A DNA stretch of 64,000 bases. Source: Adineta vaga. Taxonomy: Eukaryota; Animalia; Rotifera. A program made the position numbers and the translations under genes. This document shows positions 48,871 through 61,771 of this stretch, piece by piece; the stretch's first letter is position 1; each line of letters starts with the position of its first letter. The stretch lies in assembly GCA_021613535.1 (NCBI GenBank), contig CP075493.1, positions 13,144,001 to 13,208,000 on the forward strand, written 5' to 3'. The notes beneath the pieces are model-generated. The model did no database searches. It was not told the origin of the DNA and worked only from the letters and a program-made list of their open reading frames with translations.

Positions 48871-49698
48871 CAAACTATTAGAATTTATCCACCAAATTGA
48901 TGTAATTTCTTTTAACATTGTTGCGTAAATCTGATTGAGGGAAAAAAAGGAAAAACGAATATGTATTTCTGAAAGGATTTAATTTAATTGAAATTTTCTT
49001 CGCTCTTGTCATATACAATTATGTAACCCATATACTTCAGTAAGTTTATTAACGGAGGAAATTCATGTTTATGTTTTTATTCTTTTACGCACACGATTAT
49101 TTAGGGAGTCATATTGAAGTTTTTCTATTTGTCAAAAATTAATTATCAGAGCTGCAAATAGAAAATAGATAGTTAAAGGTATGTTCATAATTAACTATGA
49201 TCATAATTTGATGAATGATAATTTTCATTGAAATTCTTTGATACTATTGAATGTAATTGTATCGCTGTATTTATTCTCTGTAAAATTGAAGATTATGTTG
49301 TTAAATATTCTTCTAAATATTCCTTAAAATTTGTAGACAATCCCTTGATCTTTCATAATAAATTTTATTATCAACGGAAAAAGAGACAAGGCTATTTTTA
49401 AGAACTTTCTTTCCCATTAAATGTCATTTCAGTTGAATAATTGCATGTGACAGAAATTTAACAAGACATATACAAAATCTCTATTTCATAATGTATATCT
49501 ATTAAATGCAAAGAATCATTAGTGCAGAAATCTAATTTTTCGTAAAAATAAAATATCTGATATTTACGCTCTTATATTTTCTTTTATATTATGCGCATAA
49601 TATAAAAGAAAAATATTATTTCTGTCGCATTTTTAATAATACTCAAATTCTTTACGATATAAAATAGTTTTGACAAAATAAATTAACAAGCGAAAGAT

Positions 49699-50640
49699 AT
49701 GTCGTTCGCTGCATCATTATCTATTGTACAACAATATATGACACGTTATGGTATGACAACATATGTTATACTTGGTAGTATTGGATCATTCTTCAATATA
49801 CTTATGTTCAGTCAAACACAATACCGTCGAACACCTTGTGCACTCTATATTTTGGCTATGTCAATCAGTGGTATATGGGGTTTGAATGTGTCTGCTGTAC
49901 CAGTTATTTGGGGATTAGATTATCCAAGTCCATTTCTTTATAATCAAGTTTCATGTGGAATGTTTTTCTATTTTCGACATTCATTAAATCAAATGTTACG
50001 AACATTTTTTGTTCTTGTCTGTATTGATCGTTATGCCTGTTGTAGTGATCGAGCAAGAATTCGTGCATTCAGTCAATATAAAGTGGCCATACGTCTTATT
50101 CCAGCTGTTTGGCTTTTCTGGTTTCTAGTATGTATTTTTCCTACAGCAATACGTACTTTATCCAATGGTGTTTGTGATGCCAAACCGGGAGTCTATGATA
50201 TTATCTATACAGTTTATATTATATCTACCACTGGTATACTTCCATTGTTAGGTATGGTTATAACTGGAATATTAATGTTTACAAGTTTACGAAAAATGCG
50301 TCGCCGTGTTGTGCCAGCTACATCTTCAGAAACAGGAACGGCCATTCTACGAAAACGCGATCGAGATATGATGAAAATGTTATTTATAGAATTGGTTATT
50401 TGTATGTGTACTCTCTCACCTAACACAATTACACATATCTATAAAACAGCAACTACACATGTAGTCAGAACAAAGGAACGTCAACAAATTGAATCATTCT
50501 TTTATTTCCTGAGTCGTTTATTTTTACTCTACATGGCCAATACATTCTCATTTTGGGTTTATATATCAACATCACAGACATATCGTATGGAATTAAAGAA
50601 TCTATTCATTAAATGGTATCGATTTATCATGCGTAAATAA
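49699..50640 (+). CDS. Rhodopsin-like GPCR, intronless
   Basis: Seven hydrophobic segments; PCALYIL; CIDRY; basic ICL3 (RKRDRDMMKML). Confidence 0.88.
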   Translation: MSFAASLSIVQQYMTRYGMTTYVILGSIGSFFNILMFSQTQYRRTPCALYILAMSISGIWGLNVSAVPVIWGLDYPSPFLYNQVSCGMFFYFRHSLNQMLRTFFVLVCIDRYACCSDRARIRAFSQYKVAIRLIPAVWLFWFLVCIFPTAIRTLSNGVCDAKPGVYDIIYTVYIISTTGILPLLGMVITGILMFTSLRKMRRRVVPATSSETGTAILRKRDRDMMKMLFIELVICMCTLSPNTITHIYKTATTHVVRTKERQQIESFFYFLSRLFLLYMANTFSFWVYISTSQTYRMELKNLFIKWYRFIMRK

Positions 50641-50898
50641 GATGAAAAAAAAACTATATACTATAATTGAACTCATATGAACATAAAATAAATATTGTCT
50701 CTTCCTACTTTTATCTTAATCCTTATCATGTAGTTCTGCATGATAGATGCAATAATGGATATAATGAAGTTTATTCTGTATAGTTAAATTATTTGGAATA
50801 TAGTAAGCTAACTACAGTATGTGAAGGGAAATAAATGAATGTAAAGTTAAGTAATAAAGTCTAGTAAAAATCAAATAATTAGTCGTTAAATATATCGT

Positions 50899-53800
50899 TT
50901 AGTTAATAATAGCTTTTTCTGTAGCACAGCGACCAAAATTTTCTGGTGAATACATTTCTTCTGCTTTGGCTGGTGGCATTATAAATGTTCCAGCAGACGT
51001 TGCACGCATAATATAGCTCCATTCATAAACACCAGGCCAGACTAATGATCGAAAAGCTTCAGCACGTTCATCACGTAAATTTTCATGTTCAGTCCAATCA
51101 GTAATTGAATATGGGAAACAACCATGTTGATTTGATCGTGAAACGGATGAACTTGTATCACCAGTAATTGTACCTTTTAATTCTGTATTTAATGGTTCAC
51201 AACCAGCTGGTAAATAATCAACTAATGCAATATGATATCGTCGTTGTGTAGTTGTCATTGTTAATATAACTTTAATTTTTTGTCCTAATTTAAAATTCCA
51301 TGTACCATCAGCTTGCTTTTCAACATGTGATGAATCATCTACAGCGACATATGTTCGTTCAATTTTAAAACCATAATTAACTGCATTTAATTGTAAACTT
51401 TTCGGTGCATAATTCAATGCAATACGATAGTATAATCGACCAACCATCCTTTTGCATAATTAAATTCTTATTATTTCCTTCGGATGGTGATAAAATAACT
51501 TTCATTGGGATATTAACTGTATATGTATTGGTTGATCGACCTTTATATTCATGTTGACCACAATAATCATTATTAAGCCAAATATTTGCAACGAAATCGG
51601 GTGTATCTTTTTCTTTGATATGAAAATATTTTTCCAATGCAATTAATACAAAACAATTTTCTTGTGTTGATTTCCATGCACCTTTAACTTTATGTGCTTG
51701 TAAACCTTTACATAGTTTCGTACAAAGTGTGGATTTTGGATCGATATATAATAATGCTTCTAATAGAATGGCATCTGTTCGTTGATTTGAATGTAACATA
51801 ACTGATTGACCATCGTCACCATACGATGTTATAAAATTGGCTGTTTCAGCAGTTTCACTTACTTTACCTTTCAAATGTTTATAGATTGTTTCAGTAAATT
51901 GAGTTGTTTGAGCATTTTTATCCGTAGATAATGCAATTAAGAGCCAACCTAATGCTTCTAAACTAAGTTTATTAAGTCCACTACGTACAAAAAGATCTAC
52001 TGCTTCATTTGCTACATTTTGTGAGTCTTTAGCTCGTACATATAGAGCATAACTAATCAAACTAAATCGAGTTGTTTCAGACCAATATTTTGCATATAAT
52101 AATTGATTGATTTCCGACTCAATATTAGTCAAATATCCAAGTACATTTCTGACCGTATTTCCATCAAAATCACATACCTTCAAAAAAGATTACAACAATG
52201 GTTTTTTTTTTGTTGAAAAGAAATGCTCAATGGGTATGAAAGTTTTCGACTATTTACCTGTTTTTGTTTAACAATAATGAGACAATGTGCAGCATGTACA
52301 CTAACAAATGGATCAGCATAGGAACCATCTCGATTTGTCCAATAACCAAAACCACCATTTGCATATTGACGACCTTTTAATGTACTTAAATCTGATTGTA
52401 ATTTTGTTCTCATTACCGATATATCCGGTAGATCTTTACATTGAAATGCTTGTAAAACATCCCATAATGCTTGAACACCTAATAATCGTGAACTTAATTG
52501 TTCTGTACATTCATATGGATATGTATACAATGAAATAATTGCATCTGTTAATGATGCTAATGCTGTTGAACTTGTTGAAATTGATAATTCACCAAATTGT
52601 GGAATAACATTTTCTGGTGTTTTAATTGGTTGAAAAACAATTTGTTCTTCACATACATCACCGTAAGTTGCAAATGCTTCTGATGTTGCCGGTGTAAAGA
52701 CAGGTACACTTAATTCAATTGCATCACCAAATGGTGTTTGATTTTTATCTGCTACAGTACTAACGATGAATTGAAATCGAGCAGTACCTGCATCAACTGT
52801 TGAGAGTGGAAATATTACCGCACTGCGTTTATTCGGTTGAAGTTGAACTGCATAACCAACAGCTTGTTGAGTGGTATCTGATGTAATTAATTTTGCATTG
52901 GTTGCTTTCAAACCAGCATGTAATAATAATGATGAATTCGTCTGATTTTGTAAAACAACTGACAAATGAGCTGTATCTCCATAATTAAGAAATCTTGGTG
53001 GTGAAGGACGGATCATTACTGGTAATTGTACAGTGAATCCCATTTCACTAAAACCATATTGTTGATCAGTTGTTGCTATAGCCCATACACGATAACGTGT
53101 TAAGTTATCAGGTAATTTGAAATCGAATGAAACACGTCCAGATGAATTTGTTGCCGATGATGGTATCCAACATGCTAATGGATTGAAGTTCGATCGGACA
53201 GCTATTGTTTGATCAGCACCACCACCACCGCCGCCAAAAGCACCGAAGCTAGCCATACACATAGGTGCTGCAAACATTTTCGCGTCCCTTGAACAACACT
53301 CCATCATCATCATGTGCTGACTTCCACCATGTCTCTGTTGCATATCTTTCTTGAATTGTTGAATATCTTGCATATTGAATAATAGACAACGATTTCTACC
53401 ATGATATAGTCCAATCGTTGCTTGTCGATCAGGATAAAAGAAATCTAATGGATCAGTTAGTTTATAATCAGTTAACGATAAAATTGATTCATCGACAACA
53501 ACAAGACAAACTTCTGCTTTATCCACAGGTGCTTTATTTGTAAATTGTGTCACATCGACATCAATATGGACACTAGCTGCTGGTGTATACGTCTTCTGTG
53601 CGTCTTTTGTATTAACTGACACATTCAGTTTATATACATCTTTGGAGACTCTCAATGCTACTGAACCAACAGCAATGGCTGGACGACTGGGTGCATTTTC
53701 TACTTCTGTTTCTCTTGGCATAGAACCAGTTAATTCCACATGTGCAGTAAATCCTGGTATCCAATCTTTTGAGATTTTAAAATCGATCGTTCCTGAATCT

Positions 53801-56800
53801 TTACCAGATTCAATCTGAAATTTGATTGGTTGTGAGACTTGCCCTTCACAATCGAATAGGACGAGACCATTTGCTGGACTAAACGGTGCTAAAACTAACA
53901 ATTCACATGTATCATCTGGTTGATACTCTGTTGCATTCGGTAGAATTGTTAATGTATCCGTTGGAATATATTCGACTTTTTGTCTTTCCATTTCTTTTCC
54001 CGAACCACCAGCAATATAAAGATTATCATAGAAACTCATTGCTAATCGTCCTTGTTCATCTTTAATCGTAAACGTGATATTGTATCGACCACCTAATATA
54101 AAGAAAAACACAAAGTATAAGTAATATTATAACAAAACGATGAATCTTACCTAATTTTGGTGTAAATTCCATATTGATGGCATCTTTACTGGAACTAGTA
54201 TTTGTAATTTGTTGTTCATCTTTAATTTCTTCATAGATTGTTAAACCATTTGCATCTTCTTTTCTTTCTTGACCTACGCCAACTATTTTACATTCGATTG
54301 AAACATTATCAATTAAATTTCCATCAACATCTGTAACAATCACTTTGGTTTGAATTGGTTGATCTTTTTTGCCATAATTGTTATTTAATTGAAATCCAAC
54401 ATAGTATGTGCTTGGATGAACAAGAAATTGTGTTTGTGTTTCCTGTGTTTGATTATTTAAATCTGTAATAGCGGCTAATGCATTAACCGTTATTGGTCTT
54501 GGTTCATTTTCAACACCATGATATGAAATTTTAACTTCATGCGTACCTCTACTATCCGTTTTACCCTAAAAGTAAAAAAGAAAAGGTAATTATTAATCTA
54601 TTTTCATTCATATATGTATTACTTCAAAATATTTATCAGGATACATTATATCATTATTATTGTTACTATCATAAAACCAACAAAAGAACGGTTTTGCTCT
54701 ACCAAATGTATAGTCAGATCTATTTGGTGGTGTATATGTTGTTGTTTTACCATTGATTAACCATCGAACATTGGCATCATTCAAAAAGCCACCAGCAAAT
54801 AATTTACCTTGACAACTACGATGACATATTCATCATTGGTTGGATGACAATAATGTACTGTTGATGGTCGAGTTGTTGATGAAACTTCATATTCAGGTCG
54901 ACGAAATTCTTGAATTTTGAAATTATGTATTGTATGTGTTTGTACACTTGGTAAACTAAATGATACGGATCCTTCACCTAAGTTAACATTATCTGGTAAT
55001 GTAAATTTCATATCGAATGCACCATAATTATTCAATTCAACTTTAGATTGTAGAAGTTCTTGACCACGAGGATCACGAACTACATAATCAATAACACCTT
55101 GTGCATAAGTTGGTAATTTTGCATCACCTTTGACTTCCAAAGATCGAACATATCCCTTGATATGTACTTCTTCTTTTGGTTTATATAAACCTCGATCATT
55201 AAAGACATGCCAAACATAGGTATTCGTATTTAAAGAATATGAAGAAATATCTGGTAACATACATAGATCATCACCTTTTTGTACAATCAATATTTCATTA
55301 TTTCCACAGTTCTCCTTTGCAATAGTACATAATCCTTGATGATCTGTTTCATTTTTTGTATTTGATACAGAAACAGTTGCTTGTTGAACAGGTATACCAG
55401 TCATCAATTCAGTAACCCATGTAGTTAATCGAGTATTTGAACCATTATTCGCTGGTGAAAGAAATACATCAGCTGTTAATCGAGTACATTGTAGCCAGGC
55501 GCAGATGACTGGTTTTTGTTCCCATTCGTTATGTTGACATTCTGTCCAAGATTTTTCTGTCGGTTCAATATGAATAATTAATTGACCAACACCAGAATCT
55601 TTTGTCAAATATGATTTCAAAGGAATTTTCATTTCCTTCGGTTCATCGCGTTCACAATTAGTTTGTACAGTTTCATTCAATAATTCTTCTCCAGGTAATT
55701 GACGATTGGTTTCTGTTTTTCCGTGTACGTAAGAATATGGTTGAAAACAAGGTAAATTTGGTTGATAATGTTCTGGTTTAACTCGATTGATACGGAGTAT
55801 TATTTCTGAATAATTATAAAGCATAAATGGATAAAATGGATCGTCCAATACACCTGGATCCATTATAATCATACCTATAAGAGAAAATTTTTTTTTCTTA
55901 GATCCAAAGAATATGGTAGGCTTTAATAAAGATAGTTACATACCCATTGCACCTGATATTTGACCCGTTAATGGTGGTGAATCATGTACGTGAAATTGAA
56001 TTGGTTGTTCAGCATGATCATGTTCTAATGTTTGACCATGAATATCTTTCAAAACACCTGATTGTATAACCAATGTATAAACAGTATTGGGTTTTGAACT
56101 ATTATGAATGGTTATCTGTTGATCGTTGTATTCGACATGTTCAATACCTGAAATCATAGTTTTTCTTTAGTGTATATTCAAGACATTCTATGCAAATTTA
56201 CCTAAACCACTGACTTCTGGTTCAATTTTGAACAATGATTTGTTAATGGTTGAACGATCTAGTGAATTATTGAATGTCACTGACCAACTATCACCAGGAT
56301 TACAAGATGCTTGATATTCATCTTTTTTATTTGGATACCAAGTAATAATTTTCAATGGTTCATATGTTTGGAAAGTGGCCGACCATTCTGATGTACTTTG
56401 TAAAGGACCTTCAGCTGATGGACAACCTGCAGGTAATTGAATTGTATATCCCGTTGCTTTTGATAAATCATTTTTGAATGTAAATGCAACAAATCTCTCT
56501 TGAGTTCCTTCATCAGCATCCAAATAACTTTTAAATTCTTTTTTTGTTCCAGCTTCATCTAGTAATGCTAATTGATCAGTTGATATTTTGCGTCCATCAC
56601 TGCCCGTTACAGAAAGATGTTTTAAAATTTTACTTTGATCAATTTTTTGATCAAATAATAGAAAACAGTTTGGTTTCAATGTTGAAACTGTACCATATGG
56701 TGAGAATTGAACAACACTCGGTGGTGCTGTTGAAAATTCGAATAACAATTCATCTTCTAATTTTCCTAAAAAATAAAAGAATCATTCGAATTACAAAGAA

Positions 56801-57505
56801 CTCTCACGTCAAATACAAGTTACCCCCAAGTTCTGATACACAATTTTCCTTCTTGACTTGTAATTTATATTTTGTTGCATATGGTAAACGATGTTTTGGT
56901 TCAAATTGTACTGTTTTTGTTCCTGTCCATCTCCATCGACCTTCTAATTTTGGTGTTAATGATATACCAAGATTTTCTACATTCGTATTTTCATCCACGG
57001 TCGAAACAGCAATCATCGGTTGATTGAATGTGATTGTCACCGATGCTACTGGATAACTAATTTCTGTTTCAGTCGGCGAATATCGCTCGATGATCAATGG
57101 ACCTACTTCTCGTTTAGCTAATTGTTTTAATTGTTCAATATCAATCTCGGCATCTTCTTGACGATCTTCGGAAGGTGGTGGAAATGGTGTTTGTATGATT
57201 TGACCTGTTTTTGGTGCTTTAATTGTTGCTTCACGTTTGAAAAATTCTTGTTGATCATTGGATTCGGCAACCAATTTAGAACTTGCTCGAGTAAACAATT
57301 GTTGTAATTGATCGGGAGTTAAGTTCTGTTGTTGCGATTGTGAATCGCCTGTCAATGGCCCCACGTCAGCATCTGTTGTACTCTGCTCATCCGTTCCATT
57401 TGCTTCGCTAAGATTAAAACAGAATTGATGTTGTCCAGATTCATCAAATGGTCCAGATTGTCCATATCGGGGTTTTTTAATTCGATAGGGTTGTGCTCTG
57501 CTCAT
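50899..57505 (-). CDS. Bacterial-type alpha-2-macroglobulin (YfhM-like, Ig-like N-terminal domains), 7 exons, two apparent 1-nt frameshifts
   Basis: ITFNQPM...EGRWRW.GT (Ig-like); [17 protein letters not shown] (MG2); [11 protein letters not shown]...[16 protein letters not shown]; [11 protein letters not shown]; thioester YPYECTEQ; [11 protein letters not shown]; [15 protein letters not shown]. Introns 56766-56823, 56148-56201, 55875-55943, 54566-54622, 54093-54150, 52178-52257. Frameshifts at about 54818 and 51444. Confidence 0.88.
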
Positions 57506-58187
57506 GATATCACAATAATAAAATGAAGCGAAAGTAGAACTGTACTTTTATCTACAAAAAAAAATATATTCTTAGTGATGCGATTAGACACGTGCATTGC
57601 TCACAATCATTCTCATCGTCAACGAAGCGAATATTTGTCGCAAATAGGCGCTCTATTCACATCAATATTTTCTATCGAACATGCAAGTATGAAAATACAT
57701 TACCTTATTTTTGGTTGTGTGAATCTCACTCTCACAAGAACATTTTAAGAAAAATGTCATACGATGGTGCAATTTTCTCTTGTTTTTATATGAGAACAAG
57801 CGTGAAATGATATTTACGAAAAAGAAAATTGCACAAAAACAAATATAGAACACATTACTTGATGTTTTTATATGCTTTTAACGAGATATTACATTTTGTG
57901 CAAGTTGTTTTTTTTTCTTCTTTCTGTCTTGATATGCACGGTTTTATGGAGATGTTTAGCATCGCAAGCAATGAAAGGAAAGAAAAAAATAACTAATCGA
58001 ATGCTTTTCTAAACGAGAAAAGGAAGTATGAAACAGATGTCAGTGAAAATCAGTAGTCTTTCAAAAACTTTATAATGCCTACGTAGTCAATTAGAACTGA
58101 TAACAATCGATGTTCTTTCCTATCACCTTTTTGTTCACACCATTATAAAAAGAAGACGCTGACACATGGAGAATAGAAACGTATACG

Positions 58188-58490
58188 TACGAGGGGACCA
58201 GAACGATGAGCACCGGAAAATTCAGCAACGAAAATTTGAGCACAAGATATGAATAAGTCTACATTTTAAAAAAGGTAATTTACTGAACCTTTTCAAAAAT
58301 AATTTCTGAGATTTGCAGAGTTCAAAAGGAAGTTTTTAGATTCACAAACCTTTAAACGTCTTTTCTGAACACAAATTTGGAACCTTATGATATGAAACCT
58401 TTGCTACACGTCGTAAAGCATAAAAATGATTCGTACGAAAAAACCAAAACATTGAGAGTTTATTCCTTGTGCTCGTTGTTCCGGTTTCCA
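58188..58490. mobile_element. Putative degenerate MITE / non-autonomous DNA transposon of about 300 bp
   Basis: Left GGGGACCAGAACGATGAGCAC versus reverse complement of the right end GGAAACCGGAACAACGAGCAC (16/21 identical). A second GAGCACAAG...GAATAA block also mirrors the right end. No ORF inside. Confidence 0.45.
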
Positions 58491-59920
58491 TAATTAGTAT
58501 CTTTCAGAGACAGAGAGAGTAGATGAAAATCAATGTTTTATCCAAAAATGATATTACAAGAATATATTCTGACCTTCTTTTATTGCTGTATAAGTCAGAC
58601 TATTTTACTTCTTACTACACCACATACATAATGTCCGAACGATGAACACTTGCACACAATCATAAGGTTAGTATATCTTTTTTAATCTACTTTCTCATTC
58701 GGTAACAGAAAATGCGAGGAAGATGAATGGGGGAAAAGAAAAAGAGAAAAAACGATGAATTGGTCATAGAACGATCAGAAGTTAAGTCAGAAGAAACCAT
58801 AATATAACGTTTGTAGCTATGCTCGGTAGTCCATCAACGAACATCATATGTAAATTTAATTTGAAATTATTAGAAAAAGTATTTAACGATGAGACATACA
58901 ACTGAATGTGATAGAAATAAACGTAAATTCATTGACTATAATTGGAAACCATAAATAGATCGAAATGTCACATATAAATGGAACCTATGACACTTGCTTG
59001 ATTTAATTTTTTCACCAGGCAAATATAGGAAAATATTACATTATGATTTGCCCGCATATACATGTTCTATTTCACTATAATCCTACTCATCTAATTCGAG
59101 GGAAGAAAGTCATAATGTTATCAATCAGTTTCATCTATGTTTACAAACGAATAAACTAAAGATTTGAATAAGTGAATGACATATAATAATAGATGACACT
59201 CAATTATATATAACACTGCATGGCTCTAAAACAGATTGTAATCAAAATAGTATACTGTCTGATTGTTGTAGCGATTTATCTCCTGCAATGTATGAATGAG
59301 ACCATCGAAGCATGTTATAATCTTTATCAATTTATACAGTAAGAATTATTATCATTATTGGATTAATTTTATACATTGCTACATAATTTTGAATTTAAAT
59401 TAATCACTTATGTAATTGAAGATGCTATCGAAATCAAATGTGTTAATGGTTTATATTGTCATTTATCTATATACAATATAGTAGATGGGCTCTCTTACAA
59501 AGTTCTACATAGAATTCTTCTCAATTTGACTTAGTTAATTTACTCATCAGATTACATAAATTTATCAACTCGATACACTCGATTACGATAAGTAACTATA
59601 TATTTTATTTCCTCCCCAGCCTGATGCGATACATAAGACCCGCTTTATCGGAAGAAGAGATTTAATGAAATTTGAAATTAATTAAATGTGTGAGGTATAC
59701 ACAGATTAAAAGAAGGAAAAACGTATTCGGTACAATTGAACTTAACATCTTCAGAAATATGATCGATATTTTCTTTAAATCAATACTCTCAGATTTTCCG
59801 AAAAAAATGAAGTTAAAACACAACACTGCCTACGTGATTGAATATATAAACATATAGGCTACAGAAAATATTAACATAAAGTTCTATTTATGTTCTGTAC
59901 TGCTTGTGCATGTCGAAGAT

Positions 59921-60892
59921 CTATTTGCATAAGAATATGTTTTTAACCTCTTTTCGAAATATTTTTGAGACGAATAAATTACTGTATAAACCAATACAAT
60001 ATGGAATAAAACCACAAAATGAACAGAAATATTGAATTAAAATGTCTGCTTGTTGTCGGTCAAAATTTTTCGTATTATATTGAGTAATTTGTAAATATAA
60101 GTTAGTTCCTGTCAATGGATATGTACATATTACATAGATTCCAATATCAATCAGAAGAATACGAACCAATTGTCGATCCTTTGAATAAACTGACTGTATA
60201 CCACGATGATTTCCTGTGCCAACTCTGGACGCATCAACAGCAACTACATTCTGACGTATCTTTCGAACATTTCTAATCGTCAAAATACCTAAACTTGCCA
60301 AAATTAATGGAATTATTATGTTTTTCACAAATATATAGTAATTGATAACTATAAGATATATTTGAGTTTGTGAATAACAAATGACAGTATTTGGTCCGAG
60401 TTCGATAAGATGCATCAAAATCAACGCATGACTGTGAGATAGGAACCATAGTAATGATATACAAATGAGACTGATGAAAGCAAGACGACAAGTACTTCGT
60501 TGTCGCGTTAGAGCATGTGGTGAAGTAACTAAAAGTCGATCAATTGAAGCCAAAATTAAACAACTAGGACTTAAGATATCTAAAACGAAAGCCATATACG
60601 AAGTAAATCGACAAAGACCTAGAGTACTTGTAATAGTTGCGATATCGTAACCAATTAATAAGGTGGACGGTAATATGATTATGATGATATGTGCAAAATT
60701 AAAAATTTGAAAGGCGGTCATATAGATTGAACATGGATTTTTGCGAAGAGTCTTTTTCTTGAAGACAATCCATCTAAATACGCAACTGATAAATCCTAGA
60801 ACTACTATGATCAATCCACCATATTGATATAGATATTTTTGTACGTGTTGTAATAATATTGTCGAATCACTGATTTCAAATTGCGAAGACAT
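59921..60892 (-). CDS. Rhodopsin-like GPCR, intronless
   Basis: LRKNPCSIY, LASIDR, KDRQLVRILL; seven hydrophobic segments; ends FVSKIFRKEV. Confidence 0.88.
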   Translation of the reverse strand: MSSQFEISDSTILLQHVQKYLYQYGGLIIVVLGFISCVFRWIVFKKKTLRKNPCSIYMTAFQIFNFAHIIIIILPSTLLIGYDIATITSTLGLCRFTSYMAFVLDILSPSCLILASIDRLLVTSPHALTRQRSTCRLAFISLICISLLWFLSHSHALILMHLIELGPNTVICYSQTQIYLIVINYYIFVKNIIIPLILASLGILTIRNVRKIRQNVVAVDASRVGTGNHRGIQSVYSKDRQLVRILLIDIGIYVICTYPLTGTNLYLQITQYNTKNFDRQQADILIQYFCSFCGFIPYCIGLYSNLFVSKIFRKEVKNIFLCK

Positions 60893-61771
60893 GGTAACGG
60901 TAGGTTTTCAGCAAAAAATAGATGAAAAACAGGGATGACAATTTATTTTATATGGCTACATCAATACTCTACAGTATAATACCTTCTTTGCGCGAAATAT
61001 GGAGAAAATTTATATAAAATCCTCTAGTGAAAGCTGCATGCATCTTTTTTTATTATCTTTTCCGCGTCATAATCATGCTTGAAAGTTGACTAACGTATAT
61101 TTTCTAATTAGTATAAAGAACACTTTTTATTTGATATCCGTTTTTTTTTCTCCAAATATAGCAGAAATGAATGCATCGATGAAGTTTACATAAAGTCAGG
61201 GAAACAATTATGACGTCAGCATCGGTACTGTTTTTAAGTAAATATTCCGATGAATATGAACGTCTTTTTGGTATTAAAAGAAAAGATAATTAAAAAATAA
61301 AGGAGGTAGGCATTGATCTGTGATGTCTGCAGAAGGTTTTTGTTTCCTACTTGTAAACAGATATTTAAATTAATTTAAAAATTCAGTCAGACTTTGTCTT
61401 ATTCTCAACTAGATTGTCTTGATTCTTTCAAGAATATTTACTAACAGTAAATTGTGCTTGCGAGAGTGCGTATGTTTGTGAGATTTATTTCCATTTCTCA
61501 GTTTCCTTCTGTCAAGAGTTCTTTTGTTTTTTGAGAAATCATTTGCTTTTAATAAAAGGAGAAGAATGCTTGATTAATATTTATGAAGATAAATAATTTG
61601 TAGATTGTACTACAAGCGAAAAAGAAGGAAACGGTTAAAGTTCAATTATGAATGCACGTTTTAGTTAGCAATGATACAAAATATATAAATCATAGATCGA
61701 TTCATATAAAAATTGAATAGAATAAAATTATGTTTCTTTTGCTGTCGTTTTACTAAAAATTCCTCTGAACG

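Noticed and set aside
50899-57505. Bacterial contamination or a bacterial operon
   Set aside because: Six GT-AG introns, host-like AT content and flanking GPCR genes show it is integrated in the animal genome.
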